In this document: piece by piece, positions 45,519-57,123 of the stretch
How the letters are laid out: each line of letters opens with the position of its first letter
How positions within the stretch are numbered: the first letter of the stretch is position 1
Origin: Escherichia coli
GTDB lineage: Bacteria; Pseudomonadota; Gammaproteobacteria; Enterobacterales; Enterobacteriaceae
Direction: 5' to 3' (one strand)
NCBI RefSeq assembly: GCF_003790525.1
Contig: NZ_CP033635.1
DNA length: 64,000 bases
Made by a program: the position numbers and the translations under genes
Notes under the pieces: generated by a model
The model's input: only the letters and a program-made list of their open reading frames with translations
What the model was told of the DNA's origin: nothing
Database searches by the model: none

Positions 45519-46892
45519 TTACCCCAACCGAGCCTGCGCAAAAGCAATCGCCTGCGCCACCTGCTGCGGTGAGACGCCGCCTTTTGCCGCACGCTTGTCG
45601 AGGCACGATTGTAGCGACAGAATCGGATAGACATCTTCGCCAATCACCTGACTGAATTTCTGCAACTCACTGAGCGGTAGTTCTTCCAGCGGTTTGCCCT
45701 GACGAATGGCTTCCACCACCGCTTCACCCACAATATGATGCGCCTCGCGGAACGGTACGCCTTTCGCCACCAGGTAATCCGCCAGTTCAGTGGCGTTCGC
45801 ATACCCCTGCTGCGCCGCTTCCTGGCAACGCGGACGTTTCACCTGAATGCCGTCCAGCACCAGCGCCGCCATATGCAGGCAGTCCAGCCAGGTATCGAGC
45901 GCGTCGAACAGACCTTCTTTGTCTTCCTGCATATCTTTGTTGTAAGCCAGCGGCAAACCTTTCAGCGTCATCATCATGCCGGTTAACGCACCCTGCACCC
46001 GGCCGCATTTACCGCGAATCAGCTCCAGCGCATCCGGGTTTTTCTTCTGCGGCATTAATGATGAACCGGAAGTCACGCGGTCCGAAAGCTCGACAAACCC
46101 CGCTTCGCCGGTGTTAAAGAAAATCAGATCTTCAGCAAAACGCGACAGATGCACCATGCCGATAGCGGCAGCAGAAAGCAGTTCCAACACATGGTCACGG
46201 TCAGAAACGCTGTCGAGACTGTTACGGGTCGCCGAAGCAAAGCCCAGCCAGCCTGCTAACTGTTCTCGGTCGATTTCATAGGCCGTTCCTGCCAGTGCGC
46301 CACAGCCTAGCGGGCTGACATCCAGACGCTTAAGCGCGTCCTGCAAACGGCTTTCATCACGCGCCAGCATCTCAACGTAGGCCAGGCACCAGTGCGCGAA
46401 CGTCACCGGTTGAGCACGTTGCAGGTGAGTGTAACCCGGCATCACCGCGTCCTGATTGTTCTGCGCGGTCTCGACCAGAGCGGATTGTAACTGCCGGTTA
46501 GCCGTCAGCAACTCGCTAACGGTATCTTTGCACCACAGTTTCAGGTCAGTTGCTACCTGATCATTACGGCTACGCCCGGTATGCAGTTTTTTGCCTAACT
46601 GACCCACTTTGTCGATCAGTTTACCTTCCACCCAGCTATGGATATCTTCGGCGTCGCTTTCAAGGATTTGTTGTGGCCTGGCGCGAACATCTTCCAGCAG
46701 CACGTTCAGCGCCTCTTCCAGTTGCGCCTGCTCTTCTGCGGTTAACACGCCGACCGTTACCAGGGCTTTGGACCAGGCCACAGAGCCAACAATATCCTGC
46801 TCCGCCAGACGGTAATCAAAGCGCAGTGAGTCGTTGAATTGTTTGAACCGTTGATCTGCTGCCTGGGTAAAACGCCCGCCCCAAAGTGCCAT
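45519..46892 (-). CDS. argH: Argininosuccinate lyase
   Basis: 457 aa [37 protein letters not shown]...; fumarate-lyase signature [12 protein letters not shown]. Confidence 0.97.
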   Translation of the reverse strand: MALWGGRFTQAADQRFKQFNDSLRFDYRLAEQDIVGSVAWSKALVTVGVLTAEEQAQLEEALNVLLEDVRARPQQILESDAEDIHSWVEGKLIDKVGQLGKKLHTGRSRNDQVATDLKLWCKDTVSELLTANRQLQSALVETAQNNQDAVMPGYTHLQRAQPVTFAHWCLAYVEMLARDESRLQDALKRLDVSPLGCGALAGTAYEIDREQLAGWLGFASATRNSLDSVSDRDHVLELLSAAAIGMVHLSRFAEDLIFFNTGEAGFVELSDRVTSGSSLMPQKKNPDALELIRGKCGRVQGALTGMMMTLKGLPLAYNKDMQEDKEGLFDALDTWLDCLHMAALVLDGIQVKRPRCQEAAQQGYANATELADYLVAKGVPFREAHHIVGEAVVEAIRQGKPLEELPLSELQKFSQVIGEDVYPILSLQSCLDKRAAKGGVSPQQVAQAIAFAQARLG

Positions 46893-46952
46893 AACTCTGT
46901 TTCCTTATTTTGAAATTCAATGCCGGAAAGCTGCGCCTCCGGCCAACAAAAC

Positions 46953-47729
46953 TTAAGCTAAAATCCGCGTACCCATCGGCATACCGTTAAACAGTGCCGG
47001 AAGCTGTTCCGCATGACGCCAGGAGGCGATATCCACCGGGCGGCCCAGCGTGCGCGCAGCATCCAGCGCCGCGTTCACTTTCACTATCATGCCGTCAGTA
47101 ATAATGCCCTGCTCAATCAGTTGTTCTGCTTTCGCGGCGGTCATTTCGGCAATACGTTGCCCTTTGCCGTCGAGAATGCCGCTGACGTCGGAGAGCAAAA
47201 TCAGATCCGCGCCCAGCGTTGCCGCCAGCGCCGTTGCCGCCTGATCGGCATTGACGTTCATCAGTTGCCCTTCGTCTGTTACGCCAATGGAGCTGACCAC
47301 CGGCAGATAACCGTTCTCCAGCAAGGAGTTGATAAGCTTAGGCGAACCTGGCTGCGCCAGTCCAACATGGCCTAACTCTTCATCAAGCTGGGTCACTTTG
47401 ACGCTGTCGCCGTCACCGAGAAACAAACCTACGGCCGCAATCTGATGTTTCTTCGCCCATGCCAGCAGGGTTTTATTTGCCGTTCCCGCCAGTGCTCCGG
47501 TGATAATGTCAATCTGATCAGCAGGCGTCACCCGCAGGCCGTTTTTCTTTTTCACCGGCAGATTCAGCCCTTTCATCAGCTCATCCACCACGCAACCGCC
47601 GCCGTGCACAATCACCAGCGGACGCTGATGTGACACACGATAATTCACCAGTGCACTAAACAGACGTTCCAGCGCCTCTTCACTATCCAGCAGTACGCCG
47701 CCCAGTTTGATAATTAATGGATTCATCAT
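46953..47729 (-). CDS. argB: Acetylglutamate kinase
   Basis: Start placed at [24 protein letters not shown] (258 aa); the ORF track starts 11 codons upstream. Confidence 0.94.
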   Translation of the reverse strand: MMNPLIIKLGGVLLDSEEALERLFSALVNYRVSHQRPLVIVHGGGCVVDELMKGLNLPVKKKNGLRVTPADQIDIITGALAGTANKTLLAWAKKHQIAAVGLFLGDGDSVKVTQLDEELGHVGLAQPGSPKLINSLLENGYLPVVSSIGVTDEGQLMNVNADQAATALAATLGADLILLSDVSGILDGKGQRIAEMTAAKAEQLIEQGIITDGMIVKVNAALDAARTLGRPVDIASWRHAEQLPALFNGMPMGTRILA

Positions 47730-47736
47730 TGCACCC

Positions 47737-48741
47737 TTAAATAAGAGACTGCGTTTCCGCATAGCCGAAACGAATATTGGCGCACTGTACCGCTTGTGCC
47801 GCCGCGCCTTTCAGTAAGTTGTCTTCGGTCGTCACAATAATCAGATGCTCGCCCTGAACGGCAAACCCGATATCGCAAAATGGCAGCCCAACGACATTTT
47901 TCAGCGCCGGAACGCCTTTGTCATACAGCCGCACCAGCGGTTTATGGGCATACGCCTGCTGTAACACTTGCGCGACTTGCGCCTGGGTCACACCCGATTT
48001 CAGGCGGCAGGTAATGGTTTCGAGAATGCCGCGCGGGAAATTGCCCAGATGCGGGGTGAAGATAACGTCAGCACCGAGATGTGTGGCGATCTCTGGTTGA
48101 TGGCGATGGGTAAAGACGCCATACGGTTGCAGGCTAACTTCACAAAAACTATTTGAAATCGCTGCCTTACGTCCTGCACCGCTCACGCCGCTGGTAGCGT
48201 TGATCACCGGCCACTGAATGAGGTCAAGAAGATCGGCATCAATCAACGGTTTCAGCGCCAGCTGTGCTGCCGTCGGATAACAGCCTGGCACCGCAATCAA
48301 GTTTGCTTCTTTTAATTTATTACCGCACCACTCCGCCAGACCGTAGGCTGCCTGTTCCAGCAGTTCCGGGTATTGATGGGTAAAGCCGTAATATTTTTCA
48401 TAGAAGGCGGCGTCGTTAACACGAAACGCGCCGGAAAGGTCGAACACCACGCAGCCGGCTTCAAGAAATTGCGGCGCTAAATCGTGGCTAACTTCATGGG
48501 CGGTGGCGAGAAACACCACGTCCACCCCTGGGCTAAACTCGCTGATATCCGACATCGGCTGCAACGGCAGATCAACGATGCCTTTTAGCTGCGGATGCAA
48601 ATCGGAGATTAACTTTCCCGCATCATTGCTTTGCGCTGAAACAGTCAAAGCGGTTATGTTCATATGCGGATGGCGATTTACATAGGTCACTAGCTCTGCG
48701 CCAGCGTAGCCGCTGGCACCCACAATCAGCGTATTCAACAT
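47737..48741 (-). CDS. argC: N-acetyl-gamma-glutamyl-phosphate reductase
   Basis: 334 aa [43 protein letters not shown]... Confidence 0.96.
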   Translation of the reverse strand: MLNTLIVGASGYAGAELVTYVNRHPHMNITALTVSAQSNDAGKLISDLHPQLKGIVDLPLQPMSDISEFSPGVDVVFLATAHEVSHDLAPQFLEAGCVVFDLSGAFRVNDAAFYEKYYGFTHQYPELLEQAAYGLAEWCGNKLKEANLIAVPGCYPTAAQLALKPLIDADLLDLIQWPVINATSGVSGAGRKAAISNSFCEVSLQPYGVFTHRHQPEIATHLGADVIFTPHLGNFPRGILETITCRLKSGVTQAQVAQVLQQAYAHKPLVRLYDKGVPALKNVVGLPFCDIGFAVQGEHLIIVTTEDNLLKGAAAQAVQCANIRFGYAETQSLI

Positions 48742-48839
48742 CGGGGCTATTCACCTTCTTATGTCTGGTTGCCAGGTTAAACGTAAAACATTCACCTTAC
48801 GGCTGGTGGGTTTTATTACGCTCAACGTTAGTGTATTTT

Positions 48840-48880
48840 TATTCATAAATACTGCATGAATATTGATACTATCATGACCA
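48840..48880. promoter_or_regulatory. ARG boxes (ArgR operators) in the divergent argE / argCBH control region
   Basis: TATTCATAAATACTGCATGAATATTGATA, tandem 18-bp ARG-box-like palindromes overlapping the divergent promoters. Confidence 0.7.
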
Positions 48881-48894
48881 GAGGTGTGTCAACA

Positions 48895-50046
48895 ATGAAA
48901 AACAAATTACCGCCATTTATCGAGATTTACCGTGCTCTGATTGCCACACCTTCAATAAGCGCCACGGAAGAGGCACTCGATCAAAGCAATGCAGATTTAA
49001 TCACTCTGCTGGCGGACTGGTTTAAAGATTTAGGCTTCAATGTGGAAGTGCAGCCTGTGCCAGGAACTCGCAACAAATTTAATATGCTGGCAAGTACCGG
49101 ACAGGGGGCTGGCGGTTTGTTGCTGGCGGGGCATACCGATACGGTGCCATTTGATGACGGACGCTGGACGCGCGATCCGTTTACACTGACGGAGCATGAC
49201 GGCAAGCTTTACGGCTTAGGCACCGCCGACATGAAAGGCTTTTTTGCGTTTATCCTTGATGCGCTACGCGATGTCGACGTCACGAAGCTTGCAAAACCGC
49301 TCTACATTCTGGCGACTGCCGATGAAGAAACCAGTATGGCCGGAGCGCGTTATTTTGCCGAAACTACCGCCCTGCGCCCGGATTGCGCCATCATTGGCGA
49401 GCCAACGTCGCTGCAACCGGTACGCGCCCATAAAGGTCATATCTCTAACGCCATCCGTATTCAGGGCCAGTCGGGCCACTCCAGCGATCCAGCACGCGGA
49501 GTTAACGCTATCGAACTGATGCACGACGCCATCGGGCATATTTTGCAATTGCGCGATAAGCTGAAAGAACGTTATCACTATGAAGCGTTTACCGTGCCAT
49601 ACCCCACGCTCAACCTCGGGCATATTCACGGTGGCGACGCTTCTAACCGTATTTGTGCTTGCTGTGAGTTGCATATGGATATTCGTCCGCTGCCGGGCAT
49701 GACACTCAATGAACTTAATGGCCTACTCAACGATGCGCTGGCTCCGGTGAGCGAACGCTGGCCGGGTCGTCTGACGGTCGACGAGCTGCATCCGCCGATC
49801 CCTGGCTATGAATGCCCGCCAAATCATCAACTGGTTGAAGTAGTTGAGAAATTGCTCGGAGCAAAGACCGAAGTGGTGAATTACTGTACCGAAGCGCCGT
49901 TTATTCAAACGTTATGCCCGACGCTGGTTCTGGGTCCTGGCTCAATTAATCAGGCTCATCAACCTGATGAATATCTGGAAACACGGTTTATCAAGCCCAC
50001 CCGCGAACTGATCACCCAGGTGATTCACCATTTTTGCTGGCATTAA
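48895..50046 (+). CDS. argE: Acetylornithine deacetylase
   Basis: Start placed at [26 protein letters not shown] (383 aa); M20 peptidase motifs; the ORF track begins 13 codons upstream. Confidence 0.95.
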   Translation: MKNKLPPFIEIYRALIATPSISATEEALDQSNADLITLLADWFKDLGFNVEVQPVPGTRNKFNMLASTGQGAGGLLLAGHTDTVPFDDGRWTRDPFTLTEHDGKLYGLGTADMKGFFAFILDALRDVDVTKLAKPLYILATADEETSMAGARYFAETTALRPDCAIIGEPTSLQPVRAHKGHISNAIRIQGQSGHSSDPARGVNAIELMHDAIGHILQLRDKLKERYHYEAFTVPYPTLNLGHIHGGDASNRICACCELHMDIRPLPGMTLNELNGLLNDALAPVSERWPGRLTVDELHPPIPGYECPPNHQLVEVVEKLLGAKTEVVNYCTEAPFIQTLCPTLVLGPGSINQAHQPDEYLETRFIKPTRELITQVIHHFCWH

Positions 50047-50051
50047 AACGT

Positions 50052-50102
50052 AGGCCAAACAATGTCGGATGCGATGCTTGCGCATCTTATCCGACCTACA
50101 CC
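50052..50102. repeat. REP (repetitive extragenic palindromic) element
   Basis: GTAGGCCAAACAATGTCGGATGCGATGCTTGCGCATCTTATCCGACCTACA, an imperfect palindrome of the GCCGGATGCG/REP family, just 3' of argE. Confidence 0.7.
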
Positions 50103-50347
50103 TTTGGTGTTACTCGAGGCGATTTTTTAACATTCCCATAAGTTACGCTTATTTAAAGCGTCGTGAATTTAATGGCGTAAATTCCTGCTATTTATTCGTT
50201 TGCTGAAGCGATTTCGCAGCATTTGACGTCACCGCTTTTACGTGGCTTTATAAAAGACGACGAAAAGCAAAGCCCGAGCATATTCGCGCCAATGCGACGT
50301 GAAGGATACAGGGCTATCAAACGATAAGATGGGGTGTCTGGGGTAAT

Positions 50348-52999
50348 ATGAACGAACAATATTCCGCATTGCGTAGTAATGTCAGTATGCTCGGCAAAGT
50401 GCTGGGAGAAACCATCAAGGATGCGTTAGGAGAACACATTCTTGAACGCGTAGAAACTATCCGTAAGTTGTCCAAATCTTCACGCGCTGGCAATGATGCT
50501 AACCGCCAGGAGTTGCTCACCACCTTACAAAATTTGTCGAACGACGAGCTGCTGCCCGTTGCGCGTGCGTTTAGTCAGTTTCTGAACCTGGCCAACACCG
50601 CCGAGCAATACCACAGCATTTCGCCGAAAGGCGAAGCTGCCAGCAACCCGGAAGTGATCGCCCGCACCCTGCGCAAACTGAAAAACCAGCCGGAACTGAG
50701 CGAAGACACCATAAAAAAAGCAGTGGAATCGCTGTCGCTGGAACTGGTCCTCACGGCTCACCCAACCGAAATTACCCGTCGTACACTGATCCACAAAATG
50801 GTGGAAGTGAACGCCTGCTTAAAACAGCTCGATAACAAAGATATCGCTGACTACGAACACAACCAGCTGATGCGCCGCCTGCGCCAGTTGATCGCCCAGT
50901 CATGGCATACCGATGAAATCCGTAAGCTGCGTCCAAGCCCGGTAGATGAAGCCAAATGGGGCTTTGCCGTAGTAGAAAACAGCCTGTGGCAAGGCGTACC
51001 GAATTACCTGCGCGAACTGAACGAACAACTGGAAGAGAATCTCGGCTACAAACTGCCCGTCGAATTTGTTCCGGTCCGTTTTACCTCGTGGATGGGCGGT
51101 GACCGCGACGGCAACCCGAACGTCACTGCCGATATCACCCGCCACGTCCTGCTGCTCAGTCGCTGGAAAGCCACCGATCTGTTCCTGAAAGATATTCAGG
51201 TGCTGGTTTCTGAACTGTCGATGGTTGAAGCGACCCCTGAACTGCTGGCGCTGGTTGGCGAAGAAGGTGCCGCAGAACCGTATCGCTATCTGATGAAAAA
51301 CCTGCGTTCTCGCCTGATGGCGACACAGGCATGGCTGGAAGCGCGCCTGAAAGGCGAAGAACTGCCAAAACCAGAAGGCCTGCTGACACAAAACGAAGAA
51401 CTGTGGGAACCGCTCTACGCTTGCTACCAGTCACTTCAGGCGTGTGGCATGGGTATTATCGCCAACGGCGATCTGCTCGACACCCTGCGCCGCGTGAAAT
51501 GTTTCGGCGTACCGCTGGTCCGTATTGATATCCGTCAGGAGAGCACCCGCCATACCGAAGCGCTGGGCGAGCTGACCCGCTACCTCGGTATCGGCGACTA
51601 CGAAAGCTGGTCAGAGGCCGACAAACAGGCGTTCCTGATCCGCGAACTGAACTCCAAACGTCCGCTTCTGCCGCGCAACTGGCAACCAAGCGCCGAAACG
51701 CGCGAAGTGCTCGATACCTGCCAGGTGATTGCCGAAGCACCGCAAGGTTCCATTGCCGCCTACGTGATCTCGATGGCAAAAACGCCGTCCGACGTACTGG
51801 CTGTCCACCTGCTGCTGAAAGAAGCGGGTATCGGGTTTGCAATGCCGGTTGCTCCGCTGTTTGAAACCCTCGATGACCTGAACAACGCCAACGATGTCAT
51901 GACCCAGCTGCTCAATATCGACTGGTATCGCGGCCTGATTCAGGGCAAACAGATGGTGATGATTGGCTATTCCGACTCAGCAAAAGATGCGGGCGTGATG
52001 GCAGCTTCCTGGGCGCAATATCAGGCACAGGATGCATTAATCAAAACCTGCGAAAAAGCGGGTATTGAGCTGACGTTGTTCCACGGTCGCGGCGGTTCCA
52101 TTGGTCGTGGCGGCGCACCTGCTCATGCGGCGCTGCTGTCACAACCGCCAGGTAGCCTGAAAGGTGGCCTGCGCGTGACTGAACAGGGCGAGATGATCCG
52201 CTTTAAATATGGTCTGCCAGAAATCACCGTCAGCAGCCTGTCGCTGTACACCGGGGCGATTCTGGAAGCCAACCTGCTGCCACCGCCTGAGCCGAAAGAG
52301 AGCTGGCGTCGCATTATGGATGAACTGTCAGTCATCTCCTGCGATCTCTACCGTGGCTACGTACGTGAAAACAAAGATTTTGTGCCTTACTTCCGCTCCG
52401 CTACGCCGGAACAAGAATTGGGCAAACTGCCGTTGGGTTCACGTCCGGCGAAACGTCGCCCAACCGGCGGCGTCGAGTCGCTGCGCGCCATTCCGTGGAT
52501 TTTTGCCTGGACGCAAAACCGCCTGATGCTCCCCGCCTGGCTGGGTGCAGGTACGGCGCTGCAAAAAGTGGTCGAAGATGGCAAGCAGAGCGAACTGGAA
52601 GCCATGTGCCGCGATTGGCCATTCTTCTCGACGCGTCTCGGCATGCTGGAGATGGTCTTCGCCAAAGCAGACCTGTGGCTGGCGGAATACTATGATCAAC
52701 GTCTGGTAGACAAAGCACTGTGGCCGTTAGGTAAAGAGTTACGCAATCTGCAAGAAGAAGACATCAAAGTGGTGCTGGCGATTGCCAACGATTCCCATCT
52801 GATGGCCGATCTGCCGTGGATTGCAGAGTCTATTCAGCTACGGAATATTTACACCGACCCGCTGAACGTATTGCAGGCCGAGTTGCTGCACCGCTCCCGC
52901 CAGGCAGAAAAAGAAGGCCATGAGCCGGATCCTCGCGTCGAGCAGGCGTTAATGGTCACTATTGCCGGGATTGCGGCAGGTATGCGTAATACCGGCTAA
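50348..52999 (+). CDS. ppc: Phosphoenolpyruvate carboxylase
   Basis: 883 aa [57 protein letters not shown]... ending ...GMRNTG. Confidence 0.98.
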   Translation: MNEQYSALRSNVSMLGKVLGETIKDALGEHILERVETIRKLSKSSRAGNDANRQELLTTLQNLSNDELLPVARAFSQFLNLANTAEQYHSISPKGEAASNPEVIARTLRKLKNQPELSEDTIKKAVESLSLELVLTAHPTEITRRTLIHKMVEVNACLKQLDNKDIADYEHNQLMRRLRQLIAQSWHTDEIRKLRPSPVDEAKWGFAVVENSLWQGVPNYLRELNEQLEENLGYKLPVEFVPVRFTSWMGGDRDGNPNVTADITRHVLLLSRWKATDLFLKDIQVLVSELSMVEATPELLALVGEEGAAEPYRYLMKNLRSRLMATQAWLEARLKGEELPKPEGLLTQNEELWEPLYACYQSLQACGMGIIANGDLLDTLRRVKCFGVPLVRIDIRQESTRHTEALGELTRYLGIGDYESWSEADKQAFLIRELNSKRPLLPRNWQPSAETREVLDTCQVIAEAPQGSIAAYVISMAKTPSDVLAVHLLLKEAGIGFAMPVAPLFETLDDLNNANDVMTQLLNIDWYRGLIQGKQMVMIGYSDSAKDAGVMAASWAQYQAQDALIKTCEKAGIELTLFHGRGGSIGRGGAPAHAALLSQPPGSLKGGLRVTEQGEMIRFKYGLPEITVSSLSLYTGAILEANLLPPPEPKESWRRIMDELSVISCDLYRGYVRENKDFVPYFRSATPEQELGKLPLGSRPAKRRPTGGVESLRAIPWIFAWTQNRLMLPAWLGAGTALQKVVEDGKQSELEAMCRDWPFFSTRLGMLEMVFAKADLWLAEYYDQRLVDKALWPLGKELRNLQEEDIKVVLAIANDSHLMADLPWIAESIQLRNIYTDPLNVLQAELLHRSRQAEKEGHEPDPRVEQALMVTIAGIAAGMRNTG

Positions 53000-53014
53000 T
53001 CTTCCTCTCCTGCA

Positions 53015-53046
53015 AACCCTCGTGCTTTTGCGCGAGGGTTTTCTGA
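53015..53046 (+). terminator. ppc rho-independent terminator
   Basis: AACCCTCGTGCTTTTGCGCGAGGGTTTTCTG, a GC stem with T-run 15 nt after the ppc stop. Confidence 0.8.
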
Positions 53047-53181
53047 AATACTTCTGTTCTAACACCTTCGTTTTCAATATATTTCTGTCTGCATTTTATT
53101 CAAATTCTGAATACACCTTCAGATATCCTTAAGGAATTGTCGTTACATTCGGCGATATTTTTTTCAAGACAGGTTCTTACT

Positions 53182-54915
53182 ATGCATTCCACAGAAGTCC
53201 AGGCTAAACCCCTTTTTAGCTGGAAAGCCCTGGGTTGGGCACTGCTCTACTTTTGGTTTTTCTCTACTCTGCTACAGGCCATTATTTACATCAGTGGTTA
53301 TAGTGGCACTAACGGCATTCGCGACTCGCTGTTATTCAGTTCGCTGTGGTTGATCCCGGTATTCCTCTTTCCGAAGCGGATCAAAATTATTGCCGCAGTG
53401 ATCGGCGTGGTGCTATGGGCGGCCTCTCTGGCGGCGCTGTGCTACTACGTCATCTACGGTCAGGAGTTCTCGCAGAGCGTTCTGTTTGTGATGTTCGAAA
53501 CCAACACCAACGAAGCTAGCGAGTATTTAAGCCAGTATTTCAGCCTGAAAATTGTGCTTATCGCGCTGGCCTATACGGCGGTGGCAGTTCTGCTGTGGAC
53601 ACGCCTGCGCCCGGTCTATATTCCAAAGCCGTGGCGTTATGTTGTCTCTTTTGCCCTGCTTTATGGCTTGATTCTGCATCCGATCGCCATGAACACCATC
53701 ATCAAAGGCAAACCGATTGAAAAAACGCTGGATAGTCTGGCATCGCGAATGGAACCCGCAGCACCATGGCAATTTATTTCCGGCTACTACCAGTACCGCC
53801 AGCAACTTAACTCGCTGACCAAATTACTCAACGAAAACAATGCGCTGCCGCCGCTGGCTAATTTCAAAGATGAATCGGGTAACGAACCGCGCACCTTAGT
53901 GCTGGTGATTGGCGAGTCGACCCAGCGTGGACGCATGAGTCTGTACGGTTATCCGCGTGAAACCACGCCGGAGCTGGATGCGCTGCATAAAACCGATCCG
54001 AATCTGACCGTGTTTAATAACGTGGTGACGTCTCGTCCGTACACCATTGAAATCCTGCAACAGGCGCTGACCTTTGCCAATGAAAAGAACCCGGATCTGT
54101 ATCTGACGCAGCCGTCGCTGATGAACATGATGAAACAGGCGGGTTATAAAACCTTCTGGATCACCAACCAGCAGACGATGACCGCCCGCAATACCATGCT
54201 GACGGTATTTTCGCGCCAGACCGACAAGCAGTACTACATGAACCAGCAACGTACACAGAGTGCGCGTGAATACGACACTAACGTGCTGAAGCCGTTCCAG
54301 GAAGTGCTGAAGGACCCTGCGCCGAAGAAACTGATCATCGTTCATCTGCTGGGTACGCATATCAAATACAAATACCGCTACCCGGAAAATCAGGGCAAGT
54401 TTGATGGCAATACCGATCATGTCCCGCCGGGGTTAAACGCGGAAGAGCTGGAGTCATATAACGATTATGACAACGCTAACCTGTATAACGATCATGTGGT
54501 TGCCAGCCTGATTAAAGACTTTAAAGCGGCAGACCCGAACGGATTCCTGGTTTACTTCTCTGACCACGGTGAAGAGGTTTACGACACGCCGCCGCATAAA
54601 ACCCAGGGGCGTAATGAGGACAACCCGACGCGCCACATGTACACCATTCCGTTCCTGCTGTGGACGTCGGAAAAATGGCAAGCGACTCATCCGCGTGATT
54701 TCTCACAGGATGTTGATCGTAAATACAGCCTGGCGGAATTGATCCACACCTGGTCAGATTTAGCGGGCTTATCTTACGACGGTTACGACCCAACCCGTTC
54801 AGTGGTGAATCCGCAGTTCAAAGAAACTACCCGCTGGATTGGTAACCCGTACAAGAAAAACGCGCTGATCGATTACGACACGCTGCCGTATGGCGACCAG
54901 GTAGGTAATCAGTAA
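53182..54915 (+). CDS. eptC: Phosphoethanolamine transferase EptC (YijP)
   Basis: Start placed at MHSTEVQAKPLFSWKALGWALLYFWFF (577 aa); N-terminal TM helices plus sulfatase-like periplasmic domain. Confidence 0.93.
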   Translation: MHSTEVQAKPLFSWKALGWALLYFWFFSTLLQAIIYISGYSGTNGIRDSLLFSSLWLIPVFLFPKRIKIIAAVIGVVLWAASLAALCYYVIYGQEFSQSVLFVMFETNTNEASEYLSQYFSLKIVLIALAYTAVAVLLWTRLRPVYIPKPWRYVVSFALLYGLILHPIAMNTIIKGKPIEKTLDSLASRMEPAAPWQFISGYYQYRQQLNSLTKLLNENNALPPLANFKDESGNEPRTLVLVIGESTQRGRMSLYGYPRETTPELDALHKTDPNLTVFNNVVTSRPYTIEILQQALTFANEKNPDLYLTQPSLMNMMKQAGYKTFWITNQQTMTARNTMLTVFSRQTDKQYYMNQQRTQSAREYDTNVLKPFQEVLKDPAPKKLIIVHLLGTHIKYKYRYPENQGKFDGNTDHVPPGLNAEELESYNDYDNANLYNDHVVASLIKDFKAADPNGFLVYFSDHGEEVYDTPPHKTQGRNEDNPTRHMYTIPFLLWTSEKWQATHPRDFSQDVDRKYSLAELIHTWSDLAGLSYDGYDPTRSVVNPQFKETTRWIGNPYKKNALIDYDTLPYGDQVGNQ

Positions 54916-54989
54916 ATGACCTTTGTATCGCGTCTGGCGCTATTTGCCGGATGCGATACTGTCGCAATGTTTACATCGAACTCCCCTCA

Positions 54990-55017
54990 GGCCACACTTT
55001 TCAGGTGGCCTTTTTTC
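54990..55017 (+). terminator. eptC rho-independent terminator
   Basis: GGCCACACTTTTCAGGTGGCCTTTTTTC. Confidence 0.8.
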
Positions 55018-55063
55018 ATAATGCCAGTTACTGTTTTCCCGTCTACATACCTAAGGGAATAAC

Positions 55064-55915
55064 ATGTATCACGACGTCAGCTATCTGCTCTCCCGCCTGA
55101 TCAACGGCCCGCTGTCCCTGCGCCAGATTTACTTTGCCAGCAGTAACGGCCCGGTGCCCGATCTTGCGTATCAGGTCGATTTTCCACGACTGGAAATTGT
55201 GCTGGAAGGTGAGTTTGTTGATACCGGCGCTGGAGCAACGTTAGTTCCCGGCGATGTGCTGTACGTTCCCGCTGGTGGCTGGAATTTTCCACAATGGCAA
55301 GCCCCCGCCACTACCTTTAGCGTGCTGTTTGGCAAACAGCAACTCGGCTTCAGCGTCGTGCAATGGGATGGCAAACAATATCAAAATCTGGCGAAGCAAC
55401 ACGTCGCCCGACGCGGCCCGCGCATTGGTTCTTTTCTGCTACAAACGCTCAATGAAATGCAAATGCAGCCGCAGGAGCAGCAAACGGCAAGGCTTATCGT
55501 CGCCAGCCTGCTTAGCCACTGCCGCGATTTGCTCGGCAGCCAAATCCAGACCGCCTCACGTAGCCAGGCTCTATTCGAAGCTATTCGCGATTATATCGAC
55601 GAACGCTATGCCTCCGCGCTTACCCGCGAATCTGTCGCACAGGCATTCTATATTTCGCCAAATTACCTCTCGCACCTGTTTCAAAAAACGGGGGCCATTG
55701 GTTTTAACGAATACCTGAATCACACGCGACTGGAGCACGCTAAGACGTTATTGAAAGGCTATGACCTGAAGGTAAAAGAAGTGGCGCACGCCTGCGGCTT
55801 TGTCGACAGCAACTACTTCTGCCGTCTGTTTCGTAAAAATACCGAACGCTCACCGTCGGAATATCGTCGGCAGTACCACAGCCAACTGACAGAAAAACCG
55901 ACTACTCCAGAATAA
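55064..55915 (+). CDS. yijO: AraC/XylS-family transcriptional regulator YijO (function not established)
   Basis: 283 aa ORF with C-terminal AraC-type HTH (...NYFCRLFRKNTERSPSEYRR). Confidence 0.88.
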   Translation: MYHDVSYLLSRLINGPLSLRQIYFASSNGPVPDLAYQVDFPRLEIVLEGEFVDTGAGATLVPGDVLYVPAGGWNFPQWQAPATTFSVLFGKQQLGFSVVQWDGKQYQNLAKQHVARRGPRIGSFLLQTLNEMQMQPQEQQTARLIVASLLSHCRDLLGSQIQTASRSQALFEAIRDYIDERYASALTRESVAQAFYISPNYLSHLFQKTGAIGFNEYLNHTRLEHAKTLLKGYDLKVKEVAHACGFVDSNYFCRLFRKNTERSPSEYRRQYHSQLTEKPTTPE

Positions 55916-56243
55916 GATGGGTTTGCTGCGGCGCAGAAAGCACTTTGCGTACTGCGCTCATCACCCGCTGCGGCTCACGCAGGAAAGCGTAGATGCTGCA
56001 TTGCACGTAGCGGCAATGTTCAAATCGCTCGGCACCGGCAAGCTCGATATCCGTAATCAACAGAGCAACATCCGCCCGACGGATATCCTCGTCCGCTAAA
56101 CGATTCTCCGTTCCCAGCGCGCCCTGAGTTTCAATGCTGACGCCCCACTTCTCTAACAGGCACAACTTTTCCAGCCGTTCCGCCGCCATATAAGTATGCG
56201 CCACGCCGCTGACGCAGGCGGTTACTGCCACCAGGTATGCCAT
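55902..56243 (-). CDS. frwD: PTS fructose-like EIIB component FrwD
   Basis: Start placed at MAYLVAVTACVSGVAHTYMAAERLEK (113 aa); phosphorylatable Cys motif of EIIB(Fru) family; paralog of FrwB. Confidence 0.9.
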   Translation of the reverse strand: MAYLVAVTACVSGVAHTYMAAERLEKLCLLEKWGVSIETQGALGTENRLADEDIRRADVALLITDIELAGAERFEHCRYVQCSIYAFLREPQRVMSAVRKVLSAPQQTHLILE

Positions 56244-56244
56244 T

Positions 56245-57123
56245 TTAACCTCCCACGGTAACCTGAAATCCGGCCCGCTCTGCCATTTCACGCATCGTTG
56301 CCACATCGGCTGACGACGGCGCAGACACCTCTTTCATCGACCATGTTTTCCCCAGCAGGCGGTATTTCGGTTCGCCGTACTGATGAAACGGTAACAGATG
56401 GATCTGCCTGATATTCAGCGGGATCAGCACGTCCAGCGCCTGCTGCATATTCTCCCGGCTGAGCGTGAAACCAGGGATCAGCGGTAAACGCGGGATCACG
56501 TTGACGCCCTCACTCACCAGCAAACGCAGATTCTCCAGCACGCGTGGCAGGTTCATCTTCACCACATCCCGCGCCTGAGTCGCGTCCATAATTTTTAAAT
56601 CGAACAACACTTCATCGCACAATTTCGCCAGCGGTAACAGCTTGCTGGCTGGCGCGTCTCCGGCAGTTTCGATGGCGCATGACACACCCCACAACCGCAG
56701 CCGCTGTAAAAAAAGAGTAGCAAACTCCGCCTGCATTAACACTTCGCCGCCAGAAAGCGTGACGCCGCCGCCGGACGTGCGAAAGAAAATGTCATCTTTC
56801 ATCACTTCCCGTTCCAGAGCGTCAAGGCTGATATCGCGACCAATCCGTTCAAACGCACCGGAGGGGCATTCATCCGCATCACGCAAACATTTCGCACAGT
56901 GCAGACATTTCGCCTCTCTGCGTACAGTCTGGATTTTGCCGGAGATCGACTCCGGATTAGCACACCACGGGCAAAGATGTGGACAGCCTTTAAAAAAGAC
57001 CACCGTACGAATGCCCTCGCCGTCATTCAGTGAATAACGCTGAATGTTGAAAATGCGCGCCACATCATTGCGGCGCGTTTCCACAACGTTACAGCTGATG
57101 CGCTGTCCGGCGGATGATGTCAT
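56245..57123 (-). CDS. pflC: Glycyl-radical-enzyme activating enzyme (radical SAM) PflC
   Basis: Start placed at MTSSAGQRISCNVVETRRNDVARIFNIQRYSLNDGEGIRTVVFFKGCPHLCPWCANPE (292 aa); CxxxCxxC cluster. Confidence 0.93.
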   Translation of the reverse strand: MTSSAGQRISCNVVETRRNDVARIFNIQRYSLNDGEGIRTVVFFKGCPHLCPWCANPESISGKIQTVRREAKCLHCAKCLRDADECPSGAFERIGRDISLDALEREVMKDDIFFRTSGGGVTLSGGEVLMQAEFATLFLQRLRLWGVSCAIETAGDAPASKLLPLAKLCDEVLFDLKIMDATQARDVVKMNLPRVLENLRLLVSEGVNVIPRLPLIPGFTLSRENMQQALDVLIPLNIRQIHLLPFHQYGEPKYRLLGKTWSMKEVSAPSSADVATMREMAERAGFQVTVGG